A stretch of 64,000 nucleotides of DNA from Clostridiales bacterium UBA4080 (GCA_002381865.1 DFYO01000019.1:76202-140201); one strand, 5' to 3'. Positions 20,126 through 32,445 are shown, counted from the first letter of the stretch. Translations and numbers: made by a program. Notes: generated by a model from the letters alone, not told the origin.

Positions 20126-21958
20126 TTATTCAACTGTTACACTTTTTGCCAGATTTCTTGGCTTGTCAACATCATGGCCAAGACCGCACGCAATATAATA
20201 CGCAAATAACTGTTGCGGTATGTTTACAAGAATAGATGTAAACATCCAGTGGGTTTTAGGAACATATATTACCTCATCTGCAACCTTTTTGATTTCTTCA
20301 TTTCCTTCAAGTGCAATTGCCAAGACCTTAGCTCCTCTAGCTTTAACTTCTTTGATATTGCTTACAGTTTTTTCATACAATTCCTCTTGTCCAACTAATC
20401 CTATGAGTAATGAACCCTTTTCAATCAATGCTATAGGCCCATGCTTTAGCTCTCCTGCTGCGTAAGGTTCAGCATGAAGATAAGCGATTTCTTTTATTTT
20501 AAGCGCACCTTCCATAGAAACAGCATAATCAAGTCCTCTTCCAATATAGAAAACATTTTTCATGCTAATAAATCTATCGGCAAGCGTTTTAATGTAATCT
20601 GCCTGCTCTAATATAGTCTCAACCTTTCCCGGCAAGCTATAAAGCTCTTCTTTGATTTCAACAAATTCTTCATCTGTAATCTCACCAAGCTCCATTGCAA
20701 TTTTTGTTGATATCAAATACATTGCACATAGCTGTGCAGAATATGCTTTTGTGGAGGCTACCGCTATCTCTGGTCCTGCCCAAGTATATAACACATCAGA
20801 TGCTTCTCTTGCAATTGTTGAACCCACAACATTGACTACGCCTATCACATGTGCTCCAGCTTTTTTGGCCATTCTAAGTGCTGCAACAGTATCAGCAGTC
20901 TCTCCTGACTGAGATACAACAATCATCAATGTGTTTTTATCAATAATAGGTTCTCTATATCTAAACTCAGATGCTGTTTCAGCAACTACGGGTATTCTAG
21001 ATACTCTCTCTATTAAATACTTGCCTACAAATCCGCTATAAAAAGCTGTCCCACAGCCGATAATATATATTTTGTTGATTTTTGAGAGTTCTTTTTTAGT
21101 AAGCTTTATATCGTCTAAAATAATTTCATCCTGATCCAAAGGTATTCTTGGCATCAAGGTATCTCTAATTACCTTTGGCTGTTCAAAAATCTCCTTTGCC
21201 ATAAAATGTTCATATCCACCTTTTTCTGCAGCAGCAATGTCCCAAGTTACCTTAAAAATCTTTTTCTTGATTTCCTGTTTTTTGCTGTCAAAAAGTGTCA
21301 CCCCTTCCTTTTCAACAATTGCAATTTCGCTATCCTCAAGCAAATAAATATCTCTGGTATATTTCAAAATTGCCGGAATATCTGATGCTATAAAGTTTTC
21401 ACCTTTTCCCAAGCCAATAATTAAAGGGCTGTCTTTTCTAGTTGCAATAATCTTGTTTGGATTGTCCTTGTGCATTACCGCAAAAGCATACGAGCCTTCA
21501 ATTCTTTCCGTAGCCATAATTACAGCATCAAAAAGATTCTTAGTAATACTATAGCAATAATCTATAAGCATAACAGCTACTTCTGTATCTGTTTCAGATA
21601 CAAATACATAGCCTTTAGACTCTAGCTCCTCTTTTAAGGTTAAATAGTTTTCAATAATACCATTATGTACTAAGGCGATTGTTTGTTCAGTATTCATGTG
21701 AGGGTGAGAATTAACATCAGAAGGTTCTCCATGTGTAGCCCATCTAGTATGAGCAATTCCCATATTCCCCTTCGCAGTATCCTTTTCTAGCTTTTCCTCC
21801 AAATTAACAAGTCTGCCTTTTGTTTTTACCAGCTTAATATTGCTATTATAAACAGCAACACCAGCTGAATCATAGCCTCTGTATTCTAACGCCTTTAGCC
21901 CGTCTAGCAATATAGGCGTTGCTTGCTGTTCTCCAATATATCCAACAATTCCACACAT
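20126..21958 (-). CDS. glmS: glutamine--fructose-6-phosphate aminotransferase
   Basis: MCGIVGYIG N-terminal nucleophile, tandem SIS domains, C-terminal AKSVTVE. Confidence 0.97.
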   Translation of the reverse strand: MCGIVGYIGEQQATPILLDGLKALEYRGYDSAGVAVYNSNIKLVKTKGRLVNLEEKLEKDTAKGNMGIAHTRWATHGEPSDVNSHPHMNTEQTIALVHNGIIENYLTLKEELESKGYVFVSETDTEVAVMLIDYCYSITKNLFDAVIMATERIEGSYAFAVMHKDNPNKIIATRKDSPLIIGLGKGENFIASDIPAILKYTRDIYLLEDSEIAIVEKEGVTLFDSKKQEIKKKIFKVTWDIAAAEKGGYEHFMAKEIFEQPKVIRDTLMPRIPLDQDEIILDDIKLTKKELSKINKIYIIGCGTAFYSGFVGKYLIERVSRIPVVAETASEFRYREPIIDKNTLMIVVSQSGETADTVAALRMAKKAGAHVIGVVNVVGSTIAREASDVLYTWAGPEIAVASTKAYSAQLCAMYLISTKIAMELGEITDEEFVEIKEELYSLPGKVETILEQADYIKTLADRFISMKNVFYIGRGLDYAVSMEGALKIKEIAYLHAEPYAAGELKHGPIALIEKGSLLIGLVGQEELYEKTVSNIKEVKARGAKVLAIALEGNEEIKKVADEVIYVPKTHWMFTSILVNIPQQLFAYYIACGLGHDVDKPRNLAKSVTVE

Positions 21959-21970
21959 TCTGTTATCCTC

Positions 21971-23320
21971 CTAATTCAGTCTTTCCTCTAATAGTTTTGC
22001 CAGCTTAGTTGCTTCAGTTAATAGCTCTTCTTGATTTTTCCCTTCAATCATAACTCTGACTAAGGGCTCAGTTCCTGAAGGGCGAATCAAAACCCTTCCG
22101 CTTCCAGCAAACTTTTCTTCAAGTACCTTAATTGCTTCTTGAATAATTTTATCATTCATATAGCTTTCTTTATTTTCATTTTTTATCTTTGCATTCACTA
22201 GCACTTGAGGAAGTACCTCCATAACTGATGCTAGCTCTGAAAGCTTTTTACCCGATGCTTTTATTACTTCTAATAAATGAAGTGCTGTAAGTAGTCCGTC
22301 GCCAGTAGTATTCTCATCTAAGAATATAATATGTCCTGACTGTTCTCCACCTAGATTATTACCATCCTCTAACATCTTTTCAAGAACATACCTATCTCCA
22401 ACCTTTGTTTGCTCTATATTAATCTGCTGCTTTGAGCCCATAATAAAAAACCCTAAATTACTCATAATAGTTGCTACAATTGTATTATTCTTAAGTGTCC
22501 CCTGTTGCTTCATATAAAGACCAATTACAGCCATAATCTGATCTCCGTCAACTAGGTTTCCTTTTTCATCAACTGCAAGGCACCTGTCAGCGTCTCCGTC
22601 AAAAGCAAGTCCAAGATCAGCTTCTACCTGCACTACATATTGCTGAAGATCCTTCATGTGAGTGGACCCGCATTTTTTGTTGATATTTGTTCCATCAGGT
22701 TCATTATGTATAATAATTACCTCTGCTCCAAGCTGTCTTAATGCCTCTGGCGCTGAAACATAGGATGCTCCATTTGCACAGTCAATTACAATTTTTATAC
22801 CTTCAAGAGAAGTGTTTATTTGTCTTTTTGCATATCTTATATAATCATAAACACATTCTGTCCTTTCAATGACCCTCCCAATTGCAGTTCCAACCGGAAG
22901 TTCAATATCTTTATTATCATTAGCTAATAATTCTTCGATTTCTTCTTCAATTTTATCAGATAATTTGTAGCCATCCTTATTAAAAAACTTGATTCCATTA
23001 TATTCTACCGGATTGTGTGACGCTGAAATTACTACTCCCGCATCTGCTTCGTACTCTCTTGTTAAATATGATACCGCCGGTGTAGGTAAAATTCCAACCG
23101 ACAACGCATCTGCTCCCACAGAGCATATTCCTGCAATCATTGCAGCAGTAAGCATTTCTCCTGATAATCTTGTATCTCGGCCAATTAAAATAGTTGGCTT
23201 ATGATGATTTTCCTTTGTAAGAACATAAGCTCCTGCTTGTCCAAGTTTATATGCTAAATCAATTGTCAATTCTTTATTTGCTATTCCCCTTACTCCATCA
23301 GTACCAAATAAGTTTCCCAT
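21971..23320 (-). CDS. glmM: phosphoglucosamine mutase
   Basis: [10 protein letters not shown] active-site serine loop, FDGDADR metal loop. Confidence 0.95.
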   Translation of the reverse strand: MGNLFGTDGVRGIANKELTIDLAYKLGQAGAYVLTKENHHKPTILIGRDTRLSGEMLTAAMIAGICSVGADALSVGILPTPAVSYLTREYEADAGVVISASHNPVEYNGIKFFNKDGYKLSDKIEEEIEELLANDNKDIELPVGTAIGRVIERTECVYDYIRYAKRQINTSLEGIKIVIDCANGASYVSAPEALRQLGAEVIIIHNEPDGTNINKKCGSTHMKDLQQYVVQVEADLGLAFDGDADRCLAVDEKGNLVDGDQIMAVIGLYMKQQGTLKNNTIVATIMSNLGFFIMGSKQQINIEQTKVGDRYVLEKMLEDGNNLGGEQSGHIIFLDENTTGDGLLTALHLLEVIKASGKKLSELASVMEVLPQVLVNAKIKNENKESYMNDKIIQEAIKVLEEKFAGSGRVLIRPSGTEPLVRVMIEGKNQEELLTEATKLAKLLEERLN

Positions 23321-23388
23321 CGTTTTCTCCTTGTTATCATCGTTCTGTTTGCGGATACATTATAACACTTTAAAAAGCTTAGCTTCAA

Positions 23389-23424
23389 TAAAAAAGAAGC
23401 AAAAATATTGCTATTTTTGCTTCT
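23389..23424 (-). terminator. rho-independent terminator of pyrE / the pyr operon
   Basis: AGAAGCAAAAAT...ATTTTTGCTTCT 12-bp stem followed by a T-run on the minus strand. Confidence 0.75.
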
Positions 23425-23452
23425 GGTATATACCAATTATATATTTGGTCTA

Positions 23453-24127
23453 TTATTGTGCTCCGTACTGCTTGTAGTACTCATTTATTCTGCCTTTGAT
23501 TTCATCATTAATATACACAACTCCATCAATCTGACGTCCATACAAATAGCCAATAACCTCTTCCATCGTAACAATGGCGCAGGTTTCAAACCCAAAGGCC
23601 TCCTTAAGCTCTGTAAGTGCGCTTTTCTCGGATTTGCCTTTTTCCATTCTGTCTACTGAAATAATCAAGCCTAAAACATCTACATCTGCATTCGCTTTTA
23701 GTAATGGCATAGTCTCATATATTGAAGTTCCAGCCGTAGTAACATCTTCAATAATAATAACCTTATCCTTATCCTTTAGCTTACTTCCTAAAAGCACTCC
23801 TGTTTCGCCATGATCTTTAGCTTCTTTTCTATTAGAGCAATAAGAAACATCTGCTCCATAGGAATTAGCAAGTGCAATTGTAGTAGCTACGCTTAGAGGT
23901 ATACCTTTATATGCAGGACCATATAATACATTAAAATCAGTCCCAAAGTTCTCTTTGATTGCTTTTGCATAAAAATCACCCAGCTGACTTAACTGTCTTC
24001 CTGTTTTGTAATTGCCCGTATTGATAAAAAATGGTGTCTTTCTTCCGCTCTTTGTTGTAAAATCGCCGAAAGTAAGTACTCCGCATGAAACCATAAACTC
24101 AATGAAATCTTTTTTGTATTGCTCCAT
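23453..24127 (-). CDS. pyrE: orotate phosphoribosyltransferase
   Basis: PRPP-binding loop VIIIEDVTTAGTS. Last gene of the pyr operon. Confidence 0.9.
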   Translation of the reverse strand: MEQYKKDFIEFMVSCGVLTFGDFTTKSGRKTPFFINTGNYKTGRQLSQLGDFYAKAIKENFGTDFNVLYGPAYKGIPLSVATTIALANSYGADVSYCSNRKEAKDHGETGVLLGSKLKDKDKVIIIEDVTTAGTSIYETMPLLKANADVDVLGLIISVDRMEKGKSEKSALTELKEAFGFETCAIVTMEEVIGYLYGRQIDGVVYINDEIKGRINEYYKQYGAQ

Positions 24128-24183
24128 TTATAAAATCCTTTCAAAAATATTTTGCAAACCATTCCCCCGTAAAGCCAAGTTTA

Positions 24184-25086
24184 CTATTCTATTATACCAA
24201 TAATTTCTTTAATGTCACTAATTTTTTTCTCTTTCATAAACATTTCTATTCCTTCAAGAATATCAATAGTTGCTTTCGGATTAAGTAAATTTGCAGTTCC
24301 TACTGAAATACCTGTTGCTCCAGCCATAATAAATTCTATAGCATCTTCGCCTGTCATTATGCCTCCAAGCCCAATTAAAGGAAGCTTCACTGCCTTTGAA
24401 ACCTGGTGAACCATTCTAAGTGCCACTGGTTTTATTGCCGGTCCTGAAAGACCTGCATATTTATTTGCAATAATCGGTTTTCTCTTATTAATATCTATTC
24501 TCATACCAATTAGCGTATTTATAAGTGAAATAGCATCTGCTCCTCCAGCTTCAACAGCCCTTGCAATCTCAGTGATATCAGTTACATTCGGACTTAGCTT
24601 TACAATCAACGGCTGCTTTGCAACTTTTTTAACTTGCCTTGTAATCTCTTCAGCCATTTGCGGATTAATTCCAAACGCAACTCCTCCCTCCTTAACATTT
24701 GGACAAGATATATTTAATTCAAGCATATCAACATCCTCTGTTTGAAGTCTCTCTGCCACCTCGCAATAGTCAGAAATTGTTCTACCTACCACATTTACAA
24801 TAATATTTGTATTGTATTTTCTTAAAAATGGTATATCTTCACGAATAAAAGTCTCAACGCCAGGATTTTGAAGACCTACAGCATTAAGCATTCCTCCATA
24901 GGTTTCTGCAATTCTCGGAGCTGGGTTACCTAGCCATTCCTTGTTGGCAACTCCTTTTACAATAACTCCGCCAAGCCTGCTTAAATCAATATAATCTTCA
25001 AACTCTTTTCCTGAACCAAAGGTTCCAGATGCAGTTGTAACAGGATTTTTGAATTCTACTCCTGCAATATTAACTGATAAATTCAT
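24184..25086 (-). CDS. pyrD: dihydroorotate dehydrogenase B, catalytic subunit
   Basis: MNLSVNIAGVEFKNPV...LNISCPNVK...GGI. The ATG overlaps the pyrK stop (TAATG). Confidence 0.92.
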   Translation of the reverse strand: MNLSVNIAGVEFKNPVTTASGTFGSGKEFEDYIDLSRLGGVIVKGVANKEWLGNPAPRIAETYGGMLNAVGLQNPGVETFIREDIPFLRKYNTNIIVNVVGRTISDYCEVAERLQTEDVDMLELNISCPNVKEGGVAFGINPQMAEEITRQVKKVAKQPLIVKLSPNVTDITEIARAVEAGGADAISLINTLIGMRIDINKRKPIIANKYAGLSGPAIKPVALRMVHQVSKAVKLPLIGLGGIMTGEDAIEFIMAGATGISVGTANLLNPKATIDILEGIEMFMKEKKISDIKEIIGIIE

Positions 25087-25859
25087 TATAATAACACCTC
25101 CGAACCTGGAAATACAGGGCCATCCTTGCATACCTTTTTATAAGTATAGCCTGCTTCATTATCTGCTTTTATCTTGCACACACACCCAACACAGGCTCCG
25201 AAACCACAACCCATTCTCTCTTCTAAGGATATTTGCAGTTCAATATCGTTGTCTGATGCAAATTTTTGAACAGCCTTAAGCATCGGATTAGGTCCACAAG
25301 AATAAATCTGTTCTGCTTTAGCTATATTTTTTTCCATAAGCTCCACTACATTTCCATGGTGCCCATAGCTTCCATCATCTGTAGCTACATAAACCTCACC
25401 ATAAGCTTTAAACTCTTCAACAAGATATGCTTCACTTCTAAAGCCAAGATAAATAGTTTTTTTTCCTTTAATTCTTTTTGCAAGTTCTAATAACGGAGGT
25501 GTTCCAACTCCCCCACCTACCAAAATGCTACTGTCTGCGTCAGCCAAGGTATAGCCATTTCCAAGTGGACCTAGAACCTCTACAAAATCTCCATCTTGAA
25601 TCTTTGAAAAGAGTTTTGTTCCAGCACCGGCAATTGCATATACAAGCTTAATTGTTCCTTTATCCTCATCAGCCTCACAAATACTAATAGGTCTTGGCAA
25701 TAGCATTTCACCGTTACAATATACATTTACGAACTGTCCCGGCTTTGCCTCTGTTGCCATTTTATTATTAGAAAACACAAGCTCATATATATCTTCAGCT
25801 ATTTTTTTATTATATATAACCTGACATTTAACTCTTCCTTGCTTTTTTTCTTCACACAT
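25086..25859 (-). CDS. pyrK: dihydroorotate dehydrogenase B, electron-transfer subunit
   Basis: FAD/NAD-binding fold and a C-terminal 2Fe-2S Cys cluster (CGFGACVGCVC). Start at MCEEKK (25859) after AAGGAG. Confidence 0.88.
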   Translation of the reverse strand: MCEEKKQGRVKCQVIYNKKIAEDIYELVFSNNKMATEAKPGQFVNVYCNGEMLLPRPISICEADEDKGTIKLVYAIAGAGTKLFSKIQDGDFVEVLGPLGNGYTLADADSSILVGGGVGTPPLLELAKRIKGKKTIYLGFRSEAYLVEEFKAYGEVYVATDDGSYGHHGNVVELMEKNIAKAEQIYSCGPNPMLKAVQKFASDNDIELQISLEERMGCGFGACVGCVCKIKADNEAGYTYKKVCKDGPVFPGSEVLL

Positions 25860-25918
25860 AATAGCTCCTTCTGAAGTCACTCTTAAATATTCTTCTAACA
25901 AAACTTTATTATCAGATA

Positions 25919-28900
25919 CTATTCTCCAAGATTATATATATCTGCATCCTCAATTGACATATTTGCAGAAATAATACTAAGCATTCCTTTAGCAGTATCA
26001 AGTGATGTAAGTACTGGAACTGCTGCTTCAATAGCTGCTCTTCTAATCATAAAGCCATCTCTTTTTACATCATTTACCTTTGTTGGCGTATTTATTACCA
26101 TATCAATTAGTCCGCTTCTTATCATATCAATAATATTAGGGACTCCTTCACTTATTTTCTTAACCTGAGTAACCTCTACTCCGTTTTCTCTTAAAACCCT
26201 AGCTGTTCCCTCTGTAGCAACAAATCTAAATCCTAGCTTAGAGAATTCCTTCGCAATCGGAATAAATTCCTGCTGGTCATAGGTCTTAACTGTTGCAAGT
26301 ATAGTTCCACCACCTTTGATAATACCCATCCCTGAGCCAATAAAGCCTTTATATAGAGCTTCCTCAAAGGTTCTTCCTACTCCTAGCACTTCTCCTGTTG
26401 AACGCATTTCAGGTCCAAGGCTTACCTCGACATCCGGAAGCTTTTGTGTTGAAAAAACAGGTACTTTAATTGCAACTAGCTCTGCTTCCTTGTATATTCC
26501 GGTTCCATAAGGCATATCCTTAAGCTTTTCTCCAAGCATTACTCTTGTTGCAAGCTCTATCATCGGAACTCCTGTTACCTTGCTTATATAAGGCACTGTT
26601 CTAGATGAACGAGGATTAACCTCAATTATATAAACATCCCCTTCAAATTCAATATACTGAATGTTTATCATTCCTATTACCTTTAATGCTACTGCTATTT
26701 TTTCAGTTTGAACTAATATCTTATCCTTTATGCTTTGAGAAATATTCTGTGATGGATATATTGATATGCTATCACCTGAGTGAATTCCAGCTCTCTCTAA
26801 ATGCTCCATAATACCCGGTATTAAAATGCTTTCACCATCACAAATTGCATCTACCTCTATTTCTCTTCCCGTAAGGTATCTATCAATTAAAACTGGATTT
26901 TTATGATCACGTTCAAATGCCTGAACCAAGTATCGATTTAACTCAGCTTCATTGTGTGTGATTTCCATGCCTTGTCCACCTAATACATAGGACGGTCTAA
27001 CAAGTACAGGATACCCCAGCTGTTCAGCTTCAACTAAGCCTTCCTCAAGATTCCAGACCGCTTTACCCTTTGGTCTTTTGATATCCAGCTTTTCCATAAG
27101 GTCATCAAACTTTTCTCTGTCCTCCGCCTCATCAATTTGTTCTGGCTTAGTACCTAGAATCGGAACCTTCATTTCACTCAAAAAGCTTGCCAGCTTAATT
27201 GCCGTCTGGCCTCCAAATTGAAGGATTACTCCTGCTGGCTTTTCTTTTTCTATTATATTAAGTACATCCTCTTCGGTAAGAGGCTCAAAATATAGCTTGT
27301 CTGCAATATCAAAATCTGTACTTACCGTTTCAGGATTGTTATTAACAATAATCGTTTCAAGCCCCGCTTTTTTGAGTGCCATTATTCCATGAACAGAGCA
27401 ATAATCAAATTCAATTCCCTGTCCTATTCTGATAGGCCCTGAGCCTAAAACCATAACCTTTTTATTGTTAGTTACCTCAACCTCATCATACTCATCATAG
27501 GTTGAATAATAGTAAGGTGATATAGCCTCAAATTCTCCACCGCAGGTATCTACCATTTTAAATACTGCATTAATCTTATAGGCATGTCTAAGTTCATAAA
27601 CCTCTGTAGGAGGGCATTTTAGAAAATCAGCAATTGCTTTATCAGAAAAGCCTTTTTTCTTCAAGGAATACATCCACTCTCTATCTAAATCCTCAAGATG
27701 TGAGCTTCTAAGCTTTTCCTCTTCATCGACAATTCCTTTTATTTTATTGATAAAAAACGGGTCCATTCCAGTAATCCTGCAAATCTTATCAATTCTGTAG
27801 CCTCTTCTGATAAGCTCTGCAAGGTCAAATAATCTTTCATCATCCGGTACCTGTACTCTTCTTTTCAGCTCATCCATAGTTCTTTGTGCTGCTTTATTGT
27901 GATATAAAGAATACTGTCCTATTTCAAGAGACCTTACCGCCTTTAGTAAGGCTGCTTCAAAGGTGTTGCCGATAGCCATAACCTCACCAGTTGCCATCAT
28001 CTTTGTTCCAAGTGTCTTTTTTGCTCTTCTAAACTTATCAAATGGCCATTTTGGTATTTTTATTACACAATAATCTAGTGTCGGTTCAAAACAAGCCGTT
28101 GTTTTTTTAGTAACTGCATTTTGTATTTCATCTAGTCCATAGCCTAATGCAATTTTTGCTGCAACCTTTGCAATAGGATACCCAGTTGCCTTTGAAGCTA
28201 ATGCTGAGGAACGGCTAACCCTTGGGTTAATTTCGATTACAGCATATTCAAAGGATTGTGGATGAAGTGCAAGCTGCACATTACAGCCGCCTTCTATTTT
28301 AATAGCATTAATTATATCAATGGATGCCTTTCTAAGCATTTGATATTCAACATCTGACAGGGTTTGTGATGGAGTAACAACAATACTGTCTCCTGTATGC
28401 ACACCTACTGGGTCAATGTTTTCCATATTACATACAGTAATACAGTTTCCAAACCCATCCCTCATTACTTCATATTCTATTTCCTTCCAGCCCTTGATGG
28501 ATTTTTCCAATAATACCTGTCCAACACGGCTTAATTGCAGACCTTGAGCTAAAATTTGCTTAAGCTCTTCCTTATCCTCTGCTATTCCTCCGCCTGAGCC
28601 ACCAAGTGTATATGCAGGTCTTACAACAACCGGATATCCAATTTGTGCTGCAAAATCTACTCCGTCCTCCATTGTTGTTACAATCTTACTTTCAATAACC
28701 GGCTGCCCGATTCTTTCCATAAGATTTTTAAAGCCTTCTCTATCTTCGCCTTCTTTTATTGCTTCTATCTGAGTACCAATTACTCTAACTCCGTATTTTT
28801 CTAATATTCCAGCATCATATAGCTCTACTGCCAGATTTAAGCCCGTCTGCCCGCCCATTCCAGCTATCAGACTATCCGGTCTTTCCTTTGCAATTACCTT

Positions 28901-29125
28901 TTCTAAAAATTCTATAGTTAATGGCTCTATATAAATTTTATCAGCAATCTCTTTATCTGTCATAATTGTTGCAGGATTACTGTTTACAAGTACTGTTTCG
29001 ATTCCTTCTTCCTTTAAAGCTTGACAAGCCTGTGTTCCAGAATAGTCAAATTCTGCTGCTTGACCGATTACAATTGGTCCTGAGCCTATAACCATTACCT
29101 TCTTTATCGTTAAATCTTTTGGCAT
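25919..29125 (-). CDS. carB: carbamoyl-phosphate synthase large subunit
   Basis: Duplicated ATP-grasp halves ([18 protein letters not shown] and [16 protein letters not shown]) plus an MGS-like C-terminus. Confidence 0.97.
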   Translation of the reverse strand: MPKDLTIKKVMVIGSGPIVIGQAAEFDYSGTQACQALKEEGIETVLVNSNPATIMTDKEIADKIYIEPLTIEFLEKVIAKERPDSLIAGMGGQTGLNLAVELYDAGILEKYGVRVIGTQIEAIKEGEDREGFKNLMERIGQPVIESKIVTTMEDGVDFAAQIGYPVVVRPAYTLGGSGGGIAEDKEELKQILAQGLQLSRVGQVLLEKSIKGWKEIEYEVMRDGFGNCITVCNMENIDPVGVHTGDSIVVTPSQTLSDVEYQMLRKASIDIINAIKIEGGCNVQLALHPQSFEYAVIEINPRVSRSSALASKATGYPIAKVAAKIALGYGLDEIQNAVTKKTTACFEPTLDYCVIKIPKWPFDKFRRAKKTLGTKMMATGEVMAIGNTFEAALLKAVRSLEIGQYSLYHNKAAQRTMDELKRRVQVPDDERLFDLAELIRRGYRIDKICRITGMDPFFINKIKGIVDEEEKLRSSHLEDLDREWMYSLKKKGFSDKAIADFLKCPPTEVYELRHAYKINAVFKMVDTCGGEFEAISPYYYSTYDEYDEVEVTNNKKVMVLGSGPIRIGQGIEFDYCSVHGIMALKKAGLETIIVNNNPETVSTDFDIADKLYFEPLTEEDVLNIIEKEKPAGVILQFGGQTAIKLASFLSEMKVPILGTKPEQIDEAEDREKFDDLMEKLDIKRPKGKAVWNLEEGLVEAEQLGYPVLVRPSYVLGGQGMEITHNEAELNRYLVQAFERDHKNPVLIDRYLTGREIEVDAICDGESILIPGIMEHLERAGIHSGDSISIYPSQNISQSIKDKILVQTEKIAVALKVIGMINIQYIEFEGDVYIIEVNPRSSRTVPYISKVTGVPMIELATRVMLGEKLKDMPYGTGIYKEAELVAIKVPVFSTQKLPDVEVSLGPEMRSTGEVLGVGRTFEEALYKGFIGSGMGIIKGGGTILATVKTYDQQEFIPIAKEFSKLGFRFVATEGTARVLRENGVEVTQVKKISEGVPNIIDMIRSGLIDMVINTPTKVNDVKRDGFMIRRAAIEAAVPVLTSLDTAKGMLSIISANMSIEDADIYNLGE

Positions 29126-29156
29126 ACCATTCACCTTTCCTTTCAAAGCATTTTAT

Positions 29157-30212
29157 CTATTTCATTGCCGCTACAAATTCATCAAAAATACCATCAGTAT
29201 CATGGGGTCCCGGACAAGCCTCTGGATGAAATTGAATACTGTATATTTTTTTGTCTTTGTTCCTCATACCTTCTACTGTATTATCATTAAGATTAATATG
29301 TGTAATTTCAACATCCTGTGGCAGCCCCTCTTGCTTAACAACATATCCGTGGTTTTGAGAGGTAATCATAACATGGTTAGCCTGAATATCCTTTACCGGA
29401 TGGTTGGCTCCTCTATGCCCAAATTTAAGCTTTTCTGTATCTCCTCCAAGAGCAAGAGCTAATAGCTGATGCCCAAGACATATTCCAGTAATTGGCTTTT
29501 TACCGATTATTTTTTTAATTTCTTCAACCTCAGGCATCAAATCCTTAGGGTCTCCAGGGCCATTAGAAAGGAATACTCCATCCGGATTAATTTTCAAAAT
29601 TTCTTCTGCCTTTGTATTTGATGGAAAAATAGTCATCTTACATCCTCTTTTTTTGAAGGACCTGATAATATTATTTTTAATTCCATAATCTATTATTGCA
29701 ATATGCTGGCCTTCTCCTTCAATTACTTTAACCTGCGAAGTCGAAACCTCTTTTACCGCATTAGAATTATCAAAGCTGTCCAGCTTGGTTTTTATCTGCT
29801 CTGGGCTCAACTCTGTTGTAGTAATAATACCTCTCATTGTACCGTAATTTCTAATTATTTTAGTAAGCGCTCTTGTATCAATTCCCTCTAAGCCCATAAT
29901 ATTATTTCTGTTAAGATATTCTTCAAGCTCAAATTCACATCTCCAGTTATTTGGAGAATCACATTTTTCTCTTACTATAAATCCTCTTACCTTTGCATTT
30001 ACTGACTCGATATCATCTAAATTTATTCCATAATTTCCGATAAGCGGATAAGTCATTGTTACTATTTGTCCATAATAGGATGGGTCTGTTAAAACCTCTT
30101 GGTAGCCTGTCATTCCCGTATTAAAAACAACCTCTCCTACGGTTTCCTTAAGGCTTCCAAAGGCTTTGCCTTCAAATATTGTTCCATTTTCTAAAATAAG
30201 CTTTGCCTTCAT
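29157..30212 (-). CDS. carA: carbamoyl-phosphate synthase small subunit
   Basis: Glutamine amidotransferase triad context GICLGHQLL and QFHPEA. Confidence 0.95.
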   Translation of the reverse strand: MKAKLILENGTIFEGKAFGSLKETVGEVVFNTGMTGYQEVLTDPSYYGQIVTMTYPLIGNYGINLDDIESVNAKVRGFIVREKCDSPNNWRCEFELEEYLNRNNIMGLEGIDTRALTKIIRNYGTMRGIITTTELSPEQIKTKLDSFDNSNAVKEVSTSQVKVIEGEGQHIAIIDYGIKNNIIRSFKKRGCKMTIFPSNTKAEEILKINPDGVFLSNGPGDPKDLMPEVEEIKKIIGKKPITGICLGHQLLALALGGDTEKLKFGHRGANHPVKDIQANHVMITSQNHGYVVKQEGLPQDVEITHINLNDNTVEGMRNKDKKIYSIQFHPEACPGPHDTDGIFDEFVAAMK

Positions 30213-30226
30213 TTTTCTTCCTCCTT

Positions 30227-31156
30227 CTATAAGCAACTGTTCAAATCTTCTCTCATATCAATTACTGCCTGTCTTGATGCCTGAGCAAATTCCTTTTCTG
30301 TATAATTATCTTTGTACTTATTTAATTTATATGCAGCAATTATTCCTCTGGATGAATTTACAATTGCTCCTAAACCATCTTTATTAAAGCATCCCGCAAG
30401 ATCACTTGCAGTTGCTCCTTGTGCCCCATAGCCCGGAACCAGGAAGTATGTGTTAGGCATTAATGCTCTTAGTCTAATTCCCTGCTCCTTATGAGTTGCT
30501 CCAACTACAGCTCCTATTTTGCTATAGCCTTCTACTCCTATTAATTCTTCTCCCCATTTTGAAACAAGCTTACCCATATATTCATAAAGCTTTTCATCTG
30601 TTCCATTGACTTTGATATCTTGTATTTCTCCACTATTTGGGTTAGAGGTTTTTACAAGTACAAACATTCCCTTATCATAGCTTTTACAATTGCCAACATA
30701 AGGCTCTATAGAATCATATCCCAAATAAGGATTAAGTGTTATAAAATCCTCTTTATATACTTCAAAGCTGTTGCTTTCAACCTTAACTCTTCCAATATGT
30801 CCATCTGAATAAGCTTCTGCTGTAGAGGCAATATCACTTCTTTTTATATCTCCTATAATAACTAGGTCCTTGCTTTTTGCATACGCTATTGTATCAATAT
30901 ATGCCTGCATACCCGCTGAACCATATTGCTCATACATTGCTACCTGAGGCTTAACTGCAGGAATCAAATCATAGGTTGCATCTATTATTTCCTTATTAAA
31001 GGCTAAAAATGCTTTTGCCGCTCCTTCTAAGCCTGCACCATATTTATCAAAGGCTTCTTCTTTAATATGCTTTGGTATATAGTCAAGTCTTGGATCAAGT
31101 CCTACTACTGTCGGATTCTTTGTTACTTTAATTTTTTTTACTAGTATATCAATCAT
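30227..31156 (-). CDS. pyrF: orotidine-5'-phosphate decarboxylase (long, type 2)
   Basis: VVGLDP...IGDIKRSDIASTA... and its operon position. Confidence 0.85.
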   Translation of the reverse strand: MIDILVKKIKVTKNPTVVGLDPRLDYIPKHIKEEAFDKYGAGLEGAAKAFLAFNKEIIDATYDLIPAVKPQVAMYEQYGSAGMQAYIDTIAYAKSKDLVIIGDIKRSDIASTAEAYSDGHIGRVKVESNSFEVYKEDFITLNPYLGYDSIEPYVGNCKSYDKGMFVLVKTSNPNSGEIQDIKVNGTDEKLYEYMGKLVSKWGEELIGVEGYSKIGAVVGATHKEQGIRLRALMPNTYFLVPGYGAQGATASDLAGCFNKDGLGAIVNSSRGIIAAYKLNKYKDNYTEKEFAQASRQAVIDMREDLNSCL

Positions 31157-31173
31157 TGTATTCCTCCTAAGCT

Positions 31174-32445
31174 TTATGCTTTATATTTTATTTCTCCATT
31201 GACAATTGTATATTTAACAAGTCCTTTTACTTTTCTGCCTTGAAAAGGACTGTTTTTGCGTTTTGATACAAAGCTATTTACATCAACGCTATATTCCTTA
31301 TTGGGGTCAATTATTGTAATATCTGCCATCTTTCCTTCTTCAATACTACCTTTATCAATTCCCATTAGCTTTGCTGGATTATAGCTCATTTTTTCAATTA
31401 GCTGCATCGGTGATAAAACACCTGTTTCTACAAGCTCGGTTATTGATAAGCAAAGTGCTGTCTCAAAACCAACAATCCCATTTGCAGCCTTGTCATATTC
31501 ACAATTTTTTTCATCTAAATGGTGTGGCGCATGGTCTGTAGCAATTATATCAATTGTTCCATCCTTTAAAGCCTGCTTCATAGCTTCAACGTCTTTTTGT
31601 GTTCTAAGAGGAGGATTCATTTTTGTATTTGCATCGTGAATCTGAACCGCTTGCTCAGTTAATGCAAAGTGGTGAGGTGTAACCTCCGCCGTTAAACCCA
31701 TTCCTGTTTTCTTTGCCTGTCTGATTATTTCCGCCGAGCCAACAGTACTTACATGGCAAATATGTAGCTTTACTCCTGTTTTTTGTGCAAGTATTATATC
31801 TCTTGCAACAATAAGCTCCTCTGCCTCATCAGGAATTCCCTTCATTCCCAATATTGTAGCCGCATCACCTGCATTCATGCTCCCTCCTGCCAGGCTGTCA
31901 TCCTCACAATGAGATAAAACCGGCAAGTCAAACATTTTCGCATAGGTCATTGCTTTTTTTAATAGGCCGGCATTTAGAACTGAACGTCCGTCCTCACTTA
32001 TAGCACAAATTCCAGCATCTTTCATTTTACCAATATTGGCAAGCTCCTCGCCCTTTTGTCCTTTTGTTATAGCTCCTATCGGAAGCACATGTACTGAGCC
32101 TTCTCTGGATGCTTTTAGCTTAATGTATTCAACTACAATTTCATTATCTGTCACAGGGTTTGTATTTGGCATAGGGCATACAGTTGTAAAGCCTCCCTTT
32201 GCTGCGCTTTTTGTTCCTGTTTCTATTGTTTCCTTATATTCGTATCCCGGTTCTCTAAGATGCACATGTATATCTATTAATCCCGGTACTACCCAACAAT
32301 CCTTTGCATCTATAATTTCATCTGCAGTATCGTTTATTAGACTGTCAATTTTTGTAACTACTCCATCCTCTATTAATATTTCAGCAGCTTGATCCATATT
32401 TGTTGCAGGATTTATTAATCTGCCATTTTTAATTATCGTTTTCAT
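31174..32445 (-). CDS. pyrC: dihydroorotase
   Basis: DIHVHLREPG metal-binding motif and ATDHAPH. Confidence 0.93.
   Translation of the reverse strand: MKTIIKNGRLINPATNMDQAAEILIEDGVVTKIDSLINDTADEIIDAKDCWVVPGLIDIHVHLREPGYEYKETIETGTKSAAKGGFTTVCPMPNTNPVTDNEIVVEYIKLKASREGSVHVLPIGAITKGQKGEELANIGKMKDAGICAISEDGRSVLNAGLLKKAMTYAKMFDLPVLSHCEDDSLAGGSMNAGDAATILGMKGIPDEAEELIVARDIILAQKTGVKLHICHVSTVGSAEIIRQAKKTGMGLTAEVTPHHFALTEQAVQIHDANTKMNPPLRTQKDVEAMKQALKDGTIDIIATDHAPHHLDEKNCEYDKAANGIVGFETALCLSITELVETGVLSPMQLIEKMSYNPAKLMGIDKGSIEEGKMADITIIDPNKEYSVDVNSFVSKRKNSPFQGRKVKGLVKYTIVNGEIKYKA

Noticed and set aside
19853-20209. 118-aa plus-strand ORF spanning the intergenic repeat and the 3' end of glmS
   Set aside because: It overlaps the glmS coding sequence and its terminator and has a hydrophobic, low-complexity translation. 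The conserved element it crosses has compensatory stem changes, which fits structure rather than coding.
21959-23452. Expected glmS ribozyme upstream of glmS or glmM
   Set aside because: glmS follows glmM after only 12 nt. The glmM leader is about 130 nt, mostly taken up by the pyrE terminator. I found nothing resembling the ribozyme core, and the nearby 79-nt repeat lies downstream of glmS and is unrelated in sequence.
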